A stretch of 62,674 bases of DNA, the filler included. It is 7 parts of 7 records of this genome, joined end to end, with 100 filler letters (N's around TTAATTAATTAA, not from the genome) between each part and the next. Parts side by side here need not be neighbours in the genome. Positions count along the whole stretch, not along the records: positions 19,785 to 28,241 come from SRR31147125_6061; positions 28,342 to 33,427 come from SRR31147125_6101; 5 more parts are not named here. One strand, written 5' to 3'. Positions 22,670 to 32,302 of this stretch are shown in pieces. A program made the translations under genes and the position numbers. Position 1 is the first letter of the stretch; every line of letters starts with the position of its first letter. The notes under the pieces were generated by a model, which was not told the origin of the DNA, searched no databases, and saw nothing but the letters and a program-made list of their open reading frames with translations.

Positions 22670-22715
22670 AAAAAAAGAGGTATCAAACACACATTGAGTG
22701 CATCTGATACCTCTT
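22670..22715 (-). terminator. Intrinsic terminator downstream of tRNA-Ser
   Basis: AAGAGGTATCA / TGATACCTCTT inverted repeat followed by a T tract on the minus strand. Confidence 0.65.
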
Positions 22716-22723
22716 CATCAATT

Positions 22724-22813
22724 TGGCGGAGCGAGAGGGATTCGAACCCCCGGTGGCGTGAACCACACTGGTTTTCAAAACCAGCTCGATAAACCGGACT
22801 CCGACATCGCTCC
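22724..22813 (-). tRNA. tRNA-Ser (anticodon TGA)
   Basis: Minus strand reads GGAGCGA..CTGGT-TT-TGA-AA-ACCAG, long variable arm GTGGTTCACGCCAC, GGTTCGAATCC T-arm, TCGCTCC-G-CCA. Confidence 0.95.
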
Positions 22814-23055
22814 ACTTGTTCTATCACCTAAATTGTAGAATAGATAATACTGATTATTGGCTCACATGCAAGAGATAAATTTCCTTTTTCCGATTTTTTT
22901 TTCTAATAACCAGCAGTAACGAGTATTACGCAAGTAAACCTGCAATACATTTTATGATTATAACACTCAAACACTTGATAACATGCAATTTCTATTTAAA
23001 ATTATAAATATCGATAATAACTATACAAACATCTTATATCAGGATAAATTAATAA

Positions 23056-24045
23056 ATGAAAGTTCTAGTTACAGGTGGCGGAGGTTTTCTCGGCAGACAC
23101 ATCATCGACAAATTATTTGAAGAAGGACTTACAGACATCCGTATTGTCGCACGAGGAGATTATCCTGATCTCTGCGAATGCGGTATAGAGCCATTCAAAG
23201 CCGACCTGAAAGATAAAGACAGCCTCATCCAGGCTTGTCAGGGTGTAGAGACTATCTTTCATGTAGCCTCCAAAACAGGAATCAGCGGGCGCTTAAAAAA
23301 GTACTCTGACACGAATATCCTCGGCACCCGCAACCTGCTGCAGGCAGGCGGATTATGCGGTGTCAAAAACTTTATCTATACCAGCACCCCAAGTGTTGTT
23401 TATGGCAAAGACGAGATCATCAATGGTAATGAAGAACTTCCTTTCCCGCAAAAGTATCTGACTAATTACGCAGCGACCAAGGCTCAAGCAGAAAAAACCG
23501 TATTATCCTATGACGGACGTGCAGGGTTGCGCACCTGTGCTCTACGCCCTCATCTGATTTACGGCCCAGGCGACACCAACCTGATCCCTAGGATACTCGA
23601 TAAAGCAAGAAAGAATCGCCTTATGAAAGTAGGCGCTGGCAAGAATATGGTCAGTGTAAGCTATGTGGAAAATGTTGCTGATGCTCATATTTGCGCCATG
23701 AAAAGGCTGCTGAAGAATGACAAGGAAGTTAGAGGCAAAGCTTTCTTCATCAACGAGACAGAACCTGTAAACTGCTGGAACTTTATAGAAGAAATTCTAG
23801 ACAAATGCAATGCTCCGAAAATAAAAAGGAATATATCTGCCAGTAGCGCCTACAAACTAGGTTTCTTTATGGAAAGTCTGGGGGCAATATTTGCTCCAGA
23901 ATGGGAACCGCCAATGACTCGCTTTCTGGCACTCCAACTCTCAACCAGCCACTATTTTGATACCTCCAGAGCAAGGAAAGCTCTCCAATGGGAGCCAAGT
24001 ATCTCACTTGAAGAAAGCCTCAAACGCCTAAGCCAAAATTTATAA
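23056..24045 (+). CDS. NAD-dependent epimerase / 3-beta-HSD-family extended SDR (OleD-like)
   Basis: VLVTGGGGFLG, IYTSTPSVV, Y..TK, ALRPHLIYGPGD, YVENVADAH. Confidence 0.85.
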   Translation: MKVLVTGGGGFLGRHIIDKLFEEGLTDIRIVARGDYPDLCECGIEPFKADLKDKDSLIQACQGVETIFHVASKTGISGRLKKYSDTNILGTRNLLQAGGLCGVKNFIYTSTPSVVYGKDEIINGNEELPFPQKYLTNYAATKAQAEKTVLSYDGRAGLRTCALRPHLIYGPGDTNLIPRILDKARKNRLMKVGAGKNMVSVSYVENVADAHICAMKRLLKNDKEVRGKAFFINETEPVNCWNFIEEILDKCNAPKIKRNISASSAYKLGFFMESLGAIFAPEWEPPMTRFLALQLSTSHYFDTSRARKALQWEPSISLEESLKRLSQNL

Positions 24046-24051
24046 AGAGAA

Positions 24052-24082
24052 AGCAGTACTGGTAACATTGACCAGCACTGCT
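24052..24082. terminator. Probable bidirectional terminator between convergent genes
   Basis: AGCAGTACTGGT / ACCAGCACTGCT stem with T-rich tails on both strands. Confidence 0.55.
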
Positions 24083-24144
24083 CTTTTAATTTCTCCAAAC
24101 AAATATAACACCCAACTCTAGCTGGTAAGCGCTAAATCCGCATA

Positions 24145-26058
24145 CTATTCAGAACCAATAAGATTATTCTCAACCAGTTCTTTTAAATTAGCAATACCAA
24201 GAATCCCAGCGACCTCCCCTGCAGCATTGACCTTCGGTACAAGCACATAACTGCAATGCAAGACATTACCGTTTTTTAAATGTATCTCAGCATCACTCAC
24301 ATGCTGTATATCTCCGGCATACGCATTTTTAAGCGCCTCCGGTTCCTCTTTGCTGGTTGGAAAGTACAGATCCCATATAACCTTACCATATGCTTCATCC
24401 GCTTTGACACCAGAAAGATCCTCTGCTGCTTTATTCCATAGTCTTACACGTCTCTCCATATCTATGGCAACAATCATATTCGGTGTATTCTCAACAATTG
24501 TCGTCAGTACCTGATAGGTTTCCAGCAAATTTGCTTCTGCTCTACGCTGCTTTGTTGTATCCTTAGAGAACACAGCCACTTTTATAACATCCAAGTGGGC
24601 ATTGATCACAGGTATCACCATTGAAGCCAGATTATAACCATTGATCACTTCTTCAACTTTTTTAGCCTTTTTAGTCGCCACAACCTCTCTGATAATCTCC
24701 ATTTTCTGTTGTGCAAAATCAGCAGGAAAGACTTCAAATGAAGACTTACCAACAACATCATCTTTTTCTTTAGCAATAACTTTGAGAGCTGTAGCGTTTA
24801 TATTTTCAAAGACTCCATTGATATCAAAGATCATGATACTGGCAATTGTATTCTTCAACACCGCAGCCATAATCATCTTGTCTTCTTCAAGCCTATCACT
24901 CATTTTTCTTCGTCTTGTTATATCATGCAGACACGCCAGCAAGAGATCAGGCTCGTTAGGAACTATTGATGCTTCATAATACTTCCCCTGATAACCTATC
25001 TCGCCTATAACAATACTTGAATTAGCAACCGACTTCTCAAGCAGCTGCCTGAAGCCACATGTAGCCTCTACTTCTTTCTGCCACATCAGAGAAGACGACT
25101 CTTCATCTTTGGCTCCCATACCGTAACCGGCTTTATTTGCCTTGATAACAACCCCATCGATATCCATCAGAACCATAGGATCAGGGATAGAGTCCAGCAG
25201 CAGTTCATTCATATATGAAATCTGCTCCATCATCTGCTGTTCCTGTTTCTGCTCAGTTATGTCACGAATCACGCCATCATAGACAAATACCTTCCCACGC
25301 TCATCATGATGTGGTACAATAATACTCTGCACCCATCTTACTTTGCCATTTTTATGTTTGATACGATGTATAAGAGTATCGACAGATTCACCCCGAGCCA
25401 TTTTATTGGCACGTTCAAGAATAAGCTCTTTATCACTCGGATAAACCATCTTAAACCAGAGGTCTTCATCGTTATTAAAGTCATCGGATGTATATCCTGT
25501 TACTTTTTCACAGGCTCCTCCATGAATAGTCTCCACCACTTTCCCATTATGACACCTGACAGTAAAGACATAATCACTCATAAGCCCAGCTATGCTATGA
25601 TAGCGCATATCATTTGCGCCAAACTCATTTCTCCTCAGAATATTCCCGGGTATTGCAGCAATAAAACCATACTGTTGTACTTTATTGACCTCAGGAACCT
25701 CAACAAAATACCCTTTATTAATATACCAGACAGTCTCATTGACCGAATAATCCACTCTGAATTCTATAGAATACTCTGACATATTCCACAGAGCCTCCTC
25801 GAGAGATCTTTTTAAACCCTCCTTCTCAGAAGGCACAAGCGCTTCGCAAAGCAAATGATTGAAGTATACATCCTCACCTTCAGGAAGATTGAGCAGCCGA
25901 CTCGTATCACCAGAGATATTTGCACTCACAGCAGGAGCCTCAAGACCAGCCCCTACATCTAAAATAAGGGAATAATAGATATGCCCGAATTTTTCAATAA
26001 TATTCAGGAGTACCTGCTCATTCATCTTGTTCTGTTTTATACTGGTCATAGCATTCAA
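24145..26058 (-). CDS. Multi-PAS/PAC domain protein without recognisable output domain
   Basis: Repeated PAS signatures: TGY..W...VYPSD, G.VRW..GVIRDITEQK, LLDSIPD..DITRRR, DTTKQRRAE, IVENTP..WNKAAE.LSG. No H-box, GGDEF or HTH before the stop. Confidence 0.8.
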   Translation of the reverse strand: MNAMTSIKQNKMNEQVLLNIIEKFGHIYYSLILDVGAGLEAPAVSANISGDTSRLLNLPEGEDVYFNHLLCEALVPSEKEGLKRSLEEALWNMSEYSIEFRVDYSVNETVWYINKGYFVEVPEVNKVQQYGFIAAIPGNILRRNEFGANDMRYHSIAGLMSDYVFTVRCHNGKVVETIHGGACEKVTGYTSDDFNNDEDLWFKMVYPSDKELILERANKMARGESVDTLIHRIKHKNGKVRWVQSIIVPHHDERGKVFVYDGVIRDITEQKQEQQMMEQISYMNELLLDSIPDPMVLMDIDGVVIKANKAGYGMGAKDEESSSLMWQKEVEATCGFRQLLEKSVANSSIVIGEIGYQGKYYEASIVPNEPDLLLACLHDITRRRKMSDRLEEDKMIMAAVLKNTIASIMIFDINGVFENINATALKVIAKEKDDVVGKSSFEVFPADFAQQKMEIIREVVATKKAKKVEEVINGYNLASMVIPVINAHLDVIKVAVFSKDTTKQRRAEANLLETYQVLTTIVENTPNMIVAIDMERRVRLWNKAAEDLSGVKADEAYGKVIWDLYFPTSKEEPEALKNAYAGDIQHVSDAEIHLKNGNVLHCSYVLVPKVNAAGEVAGILGIANLKELVENNLIGSE

Positions 26059-26230
26059 CCTTTTTAAGAATTATGTCCTTACACTATTATATATATTAAT
26101 TTTAACATATATATAATATTTCGCAACCGCAACCTCTAAAAAGTTATATTTCTTTTTCATTAATATAATAGACCAACTGCCCAAGACAATTGATCTATAA
26201 AGTATTAATCAGGTCATTGGACACAGAAAA

Positions 26231-27043
26231 CTACTTATTCAATGCTTCAACCTTATTGACAGCCTCAGCATCAGTACTCATCCCGTTCTTTAAATCCTTG
26301 AGAGAGTCTGGAAGGAGAACATTAACACTATTTAGATAGCTTCCTTCAACACTGCAATCCCCTCCACCAACTTTAAAAAGATGTCCACCGAGTTTTTTAT
26401 CAGACGAGAGGAAATGCAAGTGATAACCGGAAATATTAATCCCCTTCATGTACTCTGGAAAACGAAACCCGACCAGAATACCTGTTGTCTCAGCCAGCTC
26501 AAAAACAGCCTGCTTCTTGACAACTTCAGTAAGAGGCGGATAAGGTTTTTCCTGCGCAGGGACACTCCTGTAGACAAGATCTGTGAATGTCCCCTGAATT
26601 ACCAGCATGACAGGCATATTCCCTTCAGGCAACAAAGTATCAATTTTTTCCTTTAATGAGTCATACCCTGCAGCAAAGATAATTTTCTCACTCTTTTTTT
26701 CAGAGAAGTTCGCAACATTTGCAAAAGGAGTAGTCTCACTCTCAAGAACTTTATAAACCTTGCCATCAATGCAAGCCTTATACACAATCCCTTCCCAGAC
26801 AATCATCTCCCCATCAAGCTTATCAAAGGTACCAAGACCGGTATCTCCATGCTGAAGTAAATCCCCTATGCTGACACTGCCGTCATACTCACCTGCAATA
26901 AGCGCCTGAAGAGTTGATACCTGAAAAAACTGATCTCTCTGCTCAAGACTCTCTGCTGCATTGCCGAGCATACCAGATGCAGCAAAGAAGACAAGACTAC
27001 ACAGGATTAAACAGCTCGCATGAAAACTTCTACTTTTCTTCAT
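26231..27043 (-). CDS. budA: Alpha-acetolactate decarboxylase with N-terminal signal peptide
   Basis: QVSTLQAL..G.YDG, HGDTGLGTF..LDGEM, RSVP.Q.KPY, zinc-binding GYHLHF..GGH. Likely start ATG 27043 (MKKSRSFHASCLILCSLVFFAAS). Confidence 0.9.
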   Translation of the reverse strand: MKKSRSFHASCLILCSLVFFAASGMLGNAAESLEQRDQFFQVSTLQALIAGEYDGSVSIGDLLQHGDTGLGTFDKLDGEMIVWEGIVYKACIDGKVYKVLESETTPFANVANFSEKKSEKIIFAAGYDSLKEKIDTLLPEGNMPVMLVIQGTFTDLVYRSVPAQEKPYPPLTEVVKKQAVFELAETTGILVGFRFPEYMKGINISGYHLHFLSSDKKLGGHLFKVGGGDCSVEGSYLNSVNVLLPDSLKDLKNGMSTDAEAVNKVEALNK

Positions 27044-27950
27044 TTTCTTTACTCCATTTATAACTCCAGTAACTCGCCACAATAGAACCGGAAATATTAT
27101 GCCAGACACTGAAAAATGCTGCAGGCAGCATCGCTTCAGGTGTAGCAGCAAAATGAGTCTTAGCTAGCGCTGTAGCCAGCCCAGAGTTCTGCAGTCCAAC
27201 TTCGATGGAAAGTGTCTTGCACTGCTGATGCCCAAACTTGAAAGACTTCGCAATATAATAACCGATAAGCAGCCCCAAAGCATTATGCACAACGACAGCA
27301 GCAAGTGTAATTCCAGCGATTGTCAGAATCCTCTCTGCATTGATAGCCACAACAGCACCGATAATAACAACAATTGCAATCATTGAGACAACAGGAGCTA
27401 TCTTTTCAATAATTGCTGTAGAGTTCTTTAATACTTTATGGATTACCATACCAGCAACAATCGGCAGAATTACAATCTTCAGAATCGAGTAAAACATGCC
27501 GACATAATTAACCTCAAACCATGCTCCAGCCAGCACAAGAGTAAGTACTGGTGTCAGGATCGGCGCAAGCAGGGTTGAGCATGCTGTCATAGACACGGAT
27601 AAAGCAAGATCACCCTTAGCAAGAAAAGTCATCAGATTACTCGCTGTTCCACCGGGACATGTCCCTACCAGTACAACTCCAATAGCAATCTCTGAAGGCA
27701 GTTTCAATATATGTACAATAACATAAGCAAGCCCCGCCATAATTATATATTGTGAGGCTAGTCCTACCCAGACAATTTTAGGAGCTTTCAACACTACTTT
27801 AAAATCTTCCGGAGAGAGAGTTACTCCCATTCCAAGCATTGCCAAGCCTAGCAATGGAACAATAAATGGAACCGACCAGCTGAATGCCGAAGGGACAAAA
27901 AGCGCTGCCACTGCGACAGCAAGAACAACCACAGGAAAAAACAATTTCAT
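27030..27950 (-). CDS. Bile acid:sodium symporter (BASS, PanS-like)
   Basis: MLGMGVTL, VGTCPGGTASN..T.LAKGD, SIEVGLQNSGLA, FSVWHNISGS. Confidence 0.9.
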   Translation of the reverse strand: MKLFFPVVVLAVAVAALFVPSAFSWSVPFIVPLLGLAMLGMGVTLSPEDFKVVLKAPKIVWVGLASQYIIMAGLAYVIVHILKLPSEIAIGVVLVGTCPGGTASNLMTFLAKGDLALSVSMTACSTLLAPILTPVLTLVLAGAWFEVNYVGMFYSILKIVILPIVAGMVIHKVLKNSTAIIEKIAPVVSMIAIVVIIGAVVAINAERILTIAGITLAAVVVHNALGLLIGYYIAKSFKFGHQQCKTLSIEVGLQNSGLATALAKTHFAATPEAMLPAAFFSVWHNISGSIVASYWSYKWSKENEEK

Positions 27951-28187
27951 TATAACAAATTCTCCAGAAATATAACTACACCTTAAAATACACCACCTAC
28001 ACTTATAATCTTTTACTCTTTATAGCGATGAGCAAATAATAGTCAACTCCTTTGTTATAAAAATGTTATGAGTATAGAGACTTACGGCATGACATTGATT
28101 TCATTTACTCCAACAAATCCTGCCTCTTGTATTTTTAGCTGTACAGGTTAAACTCTGATAAATGTAAGGCTCAGAGCTGGAGAGATA

Positions 28188-28241
28188 ATGATAGATTTAG
28201 ATTTATATATTGCTTTTATTATAACAGCAATATTTATAGTA
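28188..28241 (+). CDS. N-terminal fragment of a membrane protein (LysE-like), cut by the gap
   Basis: GGAG SD, then MIDLDLYIAFIITAIFIV running into Ns. Confidence 0.3.
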
Positions 28242-28341
28242 NNNNNNNNNNNNNNNNNNNNNNNNNNNNNNNNNNNNNNNNNNNNTTAATTAATTAANNN
28301 NNNNNNNNNNNNNNNNNNNNNNNNNNNNNNNNNNNNNNNNN
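28242..28341. other. Artificial contig spacer
   Basis: N44-TTAATTAATTAA-N44. Confidence 0.98.
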
Positions 28342-28370
28342 TTTATGATCATGCTATTAAGATAAAATTT

Positions 28371-31300
28371 TTACATATTTTTTAACCTATTCAGATAATA
28401 AGATGGATATGGTTTAAGAATTTCTGTAATATCAGCTTTCCTAAGCTTCAGTGCTGTTCGACACTCTTCTTTTGTGCTTATATTTACACTGGTAAAAAGC
28501 ACACCAGAAATTAATTGAGCAATGAATCTATCACCAAATCCATATTCAAACAAGGCTATGCTTGATGGATCGGGTAGACCGTATTTTATTTGTCTAGATA
28601 GCTCTTGTAAATAATCAATTGTTTCATCGTCACTATCATTTCTAGCGCTGTATATTTCAATAATTGCTGTTACGATAAGAGTTGTTGAATAACTTATTCC
28701 TCCGTCACATATTTCTATGACATCATACAGATTTATATCTCTAGCTCTATTTCTATCAATGACTTTTATGTCACTACTACTCGCATTTTTAAGAATGACG
28801 TAATAAGATAATCCCTTAATCCAATCCAAACCAATCTGAGCAAAACTGGACTCCTCACGAAGTTTCTTCTTAATCTTCATATCTGAAAACTCATATAAAA
28901 CTGGCGTCGCTAGACTGAATAGTTCCGATATGCTTCGACAGGAATTGAGTTCGATGATATTCTTATCAATCCATTCCTCGATTTTAACGTTAGTATCAAT
29001 ATTCTGTAACGATTTACTATAAATATGTCTCATACTAGAGTTATCGGTATTGTTAATTAAATAATTGCAAATGTGCACAAAGATTTCCTTCAAATCTTCC
29101 TTTTCAGCATCTGTCGCCAAATACATCGCAAATGTGTTCTCTAGAATGGATATGATATCACTATAGTTATCATATTCATCATCAACTAAATAATTCATTA
29201 GAAAACTTTCAATAGCATCAAGTGTTTTTCTTATATTTTTAAATCTGTTTAACCACCTCTCATCATCAACCTTACTAAATTGATTTTCGAAGCTATCTCT
29301 ATCAGTATAGAGTAATATAATCGCTTCTTTGAAATTACAAGTAGTATTATAATTCATTTGTACATTTCTGATTAAATCCAATAACACACTACTACACTCT
29401 TCAGAATTAGATACATTAATAAGGTCTTTATAGTTCTCCCATTTCCAATTATTAAAGGCTCTTTTTCTCTTGTAGATTTTCATTTCCGTTAGAAGAATGC
29501 TGCCTTCAGTGAATATCCCTGATCGTCCTGTTCTTCCAATTAAATTATGAAAATCCCTAGTGCGTATACGCTCACCAGCTTGATAAATGCTAGATACTAT
29601 TAAGTATTTGATTGGCAAGTTGACACCTTGTGCTAGCGTAGAGGTACAGGCTAAGAAAGATATAAGACCTTCTCGAATAGCATATTCCAACGATATTTTT
29701 ATTCCTTGAGATATACCCGCATGATGGGCAAATACGCCTTCGCAACCAGCATTATAAAAAATATTATCTGCTCCGTAGTTATCAGAAATCAAATTGCAGA
29801 TTGCCGTAATCTCATTCTCATCAGACATTGTTTTAATAATACTTATGTCATAATCTCTTGTTTTTAACTCCAGCATCCTTTTCAATACATTATTAGCTGT
29901 GTTTTTAGTTCCACAGAAAACAGCTACAGCGCCGTTATCACACAACTTTAATGCATAGTAAATTGCAATATCATTGTTTTGCACGTTACCGTTTCGATCT
30001 AGTTGAGAAGGTTCTTGTACTCCTCTCACGTTTTAATTTCGATAGTTCTGTAAAACGAACGATTCTTGGAACGTAAAACTCTTCTTCATCTGGATTCTCT
30101 GGATTGACAAAGTATAGATAGCCAGTTTTCTCTCTATCAAACTCCTCCCAATCAGACATGGCGATTGTTCTCTCTGTTGATTTAATAGTATTATCGGCAA
30201 TGACAACTCCGTCATCCCCATTGATCCAATTGCATATCTGTGTTGAGTTCGGAATAATCGCAGATACTAACACTTTCTGGCAAGTATCACTAGAAAGTTT
30301 TTTTATAGTTGAGACTAAAAGCTCATATGTAGCTCCTCGAGCAAGATCATCAAACAAGTGTGCTTCGTCAAATACTATCAGCCCAACATTATCAATAATG
30401 TCAGGTCGTTGACGTATTAGATATATAAGCTTTTCGGGTGTTAGAATTAAGCAGGTCTTGGTATTTGCCATAAAGTCTAGTTCTTCAAATATAAGAACAT
30501 CGGACAATTCATTGATTCTTATTGATTTATCAAACTTATAATCACGCTTCAAATCCCCACTAATCTCTCTGCATAATGCTCTAAATGGAGCTACAATAAT
30601 TGCAAGGTCAGTACGTTTTGATAAAAAAGCAGAGTATATAATCAAGGATATTGCTTTTGTTTTCCCAGAACTTGTCGGCATTTGTATAACAGCCGACTTA
30701 CCGGAATAGACATCATGTTCACCGATTCGACGTTGGGCTGGCCATAGTTCTTTTATAAGCTTGCCCTTGATAATTGCGTTAGTCCATTCATCTAAACCAA
30801 TTCCGGTATATCGAGGTAATAGCTGGATAGCCGAATAATTATATTTCAATATAAATATTGCTAATAGTGCATCAGTTATTAACACTTCTAATGGTGTTCC
30901 CAACTCGTATACAATTGAACGAAACTTGTAAATAATATCGAAATTACCAACTTGTCCCGTTTTATCGAATACTTTAAGAATCTTTATAAAGTCTTTTATT
31001 TGACTTTCATAGAGACTATTTTCAATGTTTTCACTCGGTATGTTGGAACTATCGCTCAATATTGCAAACAAGGCAGCATCTAACCCATTCACATCAAGGT
31101 TTAAATGGGTTACATCAATTTTACCAACGAGAACTTTAGAACTACCTATAAAATCACATAAGTAATATGCGATTGCTCCTAATAATAAATAATATTCATC
31201 GAAACCAGCATCAATTTCAGAAGTTAAAAAAGAATCAAAAAACTTCGACGAAAATTCTAACTCATCCTTGCTAGAAGCTATTTCATCTGTTTTACCGGTT

Positions 31301-31476
31301 CTTAGAATACCTGCAGTACAATCACCAATTGCTCCTATTGCAATAAGCAGCAAGTCCGATGCATTGCTCTCAACCTCAATATGAAAATCTTCGGGTACAT
31401 CGTATTCGAGCATTTTTGACTTTGCACGGACTTTCTTCAGTAAATACTTCGAGGTAGACTGTATTAACATGAGCAT
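28371..31476 (-). CDS. hamB: Ski2-like SF2 DEAH helicase, Hachiman HamB-like (frameshift at ~30010)
   Basis: The upstream ORF has Q motif ELWPAQ, Walker A MPTSSGKT, APFRAL, TPEK, DEAH and motif III SA. The downstream ORF has FCGTK, HHAG, TSTLAQGVNLP and NLIGRTGR. Together they give about 1030 aa. The start overlaps the HamA-like stop. Confidence 0.8.
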
Positions 31477-32261
31477 GCCCTTTCGTAAAGATTATGAATT
31501 TTTTGCATTAAGTCCTTACTGAAAACTATCAATAGCATTATCTCAGAAAATCCGTTATCTTCGACAGAAATTGATTGCACTATTTTTTCAGAATATGTGG
31601 CTTCTGAATGCACGGAAGCTGCACCATGTTTAAACACATATGGCCGATCCGTTTTATTCTGAAACCGTCCTACTTTCGATGCTGACTCAAGATCTCCTTT
31701 ATCAATATACCGTTGTTTAGCTGCATTTAAAGATTCAGCAATTCTCTTTGTATCTTTTTTTGCATCTATTATTGCAGCTTCGAGTTTATTCTTTGGAGCA
31801 CCATTACTTGCTTGTGCTTTAACCTCAACAACAAGCATTTCATCATCATTTGTGTTCCTACCATCAAATTTAAAGGCTATAAGATCGCTTCCCATGGTAG
31901 ACGAATTCCGAATAACCTTTCTATCATATCTTGTTCTTGGGACAAAGTACTCTAAAACATACTCAATATAGTCAGCTATAAGTGTTTCAGAAAAATCACC
32001 TGATCTAGTGGATGGCCCAAGCGCATCTGACTTACTAGGAAACTTGATTTGTTCTAAAAATTCTTCTCTTGATAAACCAGTGCCTTCTCTTAGTATTTCC
32101 AAATCATCATCTGAACAATAAAGACACCGAAAATGATTTGCCCATTCATTAAGCACTTCATCATCTTCGATTAATGATAGCTTAAGAATATCAACTGGTT
32201 TATTATCAGCAGTTCGTATAGTTTTTACATAATCAAGGTGATTTAGATATTCAAGTGTCAT
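31464..32261 (-). CDS. hamA: Hachiman HamA-like (DUF1837) PD-(D/E)xK nuclease
   Basis: RSGDFSETLIADY, GSDLIAF and VVEVKA (E..D..ExK pattern); sits directly upstream of a Ski2-like helicase; SD GGAGGTG precedes ATG 32261. Confidence 0.75.
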   Translation of the reverse strand: MTLEYLNHLDYVKTIRTADNKPVDILKLSLIEDDEVLNEWANHFRCLYCSDDDLEILREGTGLSREEFLEQIKFPSKSDALGPSTRSGDFSETLIADYIEYVLEYFVPRTRYDRKVIRNSSTMGSDLIAFKFDGRNTNDDEMLVVEVKAQASNGAPKNKLEAAIIDAKKDTKRIAESLNAAKQRYIDKGDLESASKVGRFQNKTDRPYVFKHGAASVHSEATYSEKIVQSISVEDNGFSEIMLLIVFSKDLMQKIHNLYERACSC

Positions 32262-32302
32262 ACAAAACACCTCCCACTTTAGTGATATAATTGAACTATT
32301 CT

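Noticed and set aside
22349-22723. Attachment site or integrase remnant next to tRNA-Ser; hairpin GTAACTTG/CAAGTTAC at 22444-22469
   Set aside because: No integrase ORF and no duplicated tRNA 3' end are visible in this contig, and the tRNA keeps its own terminator.
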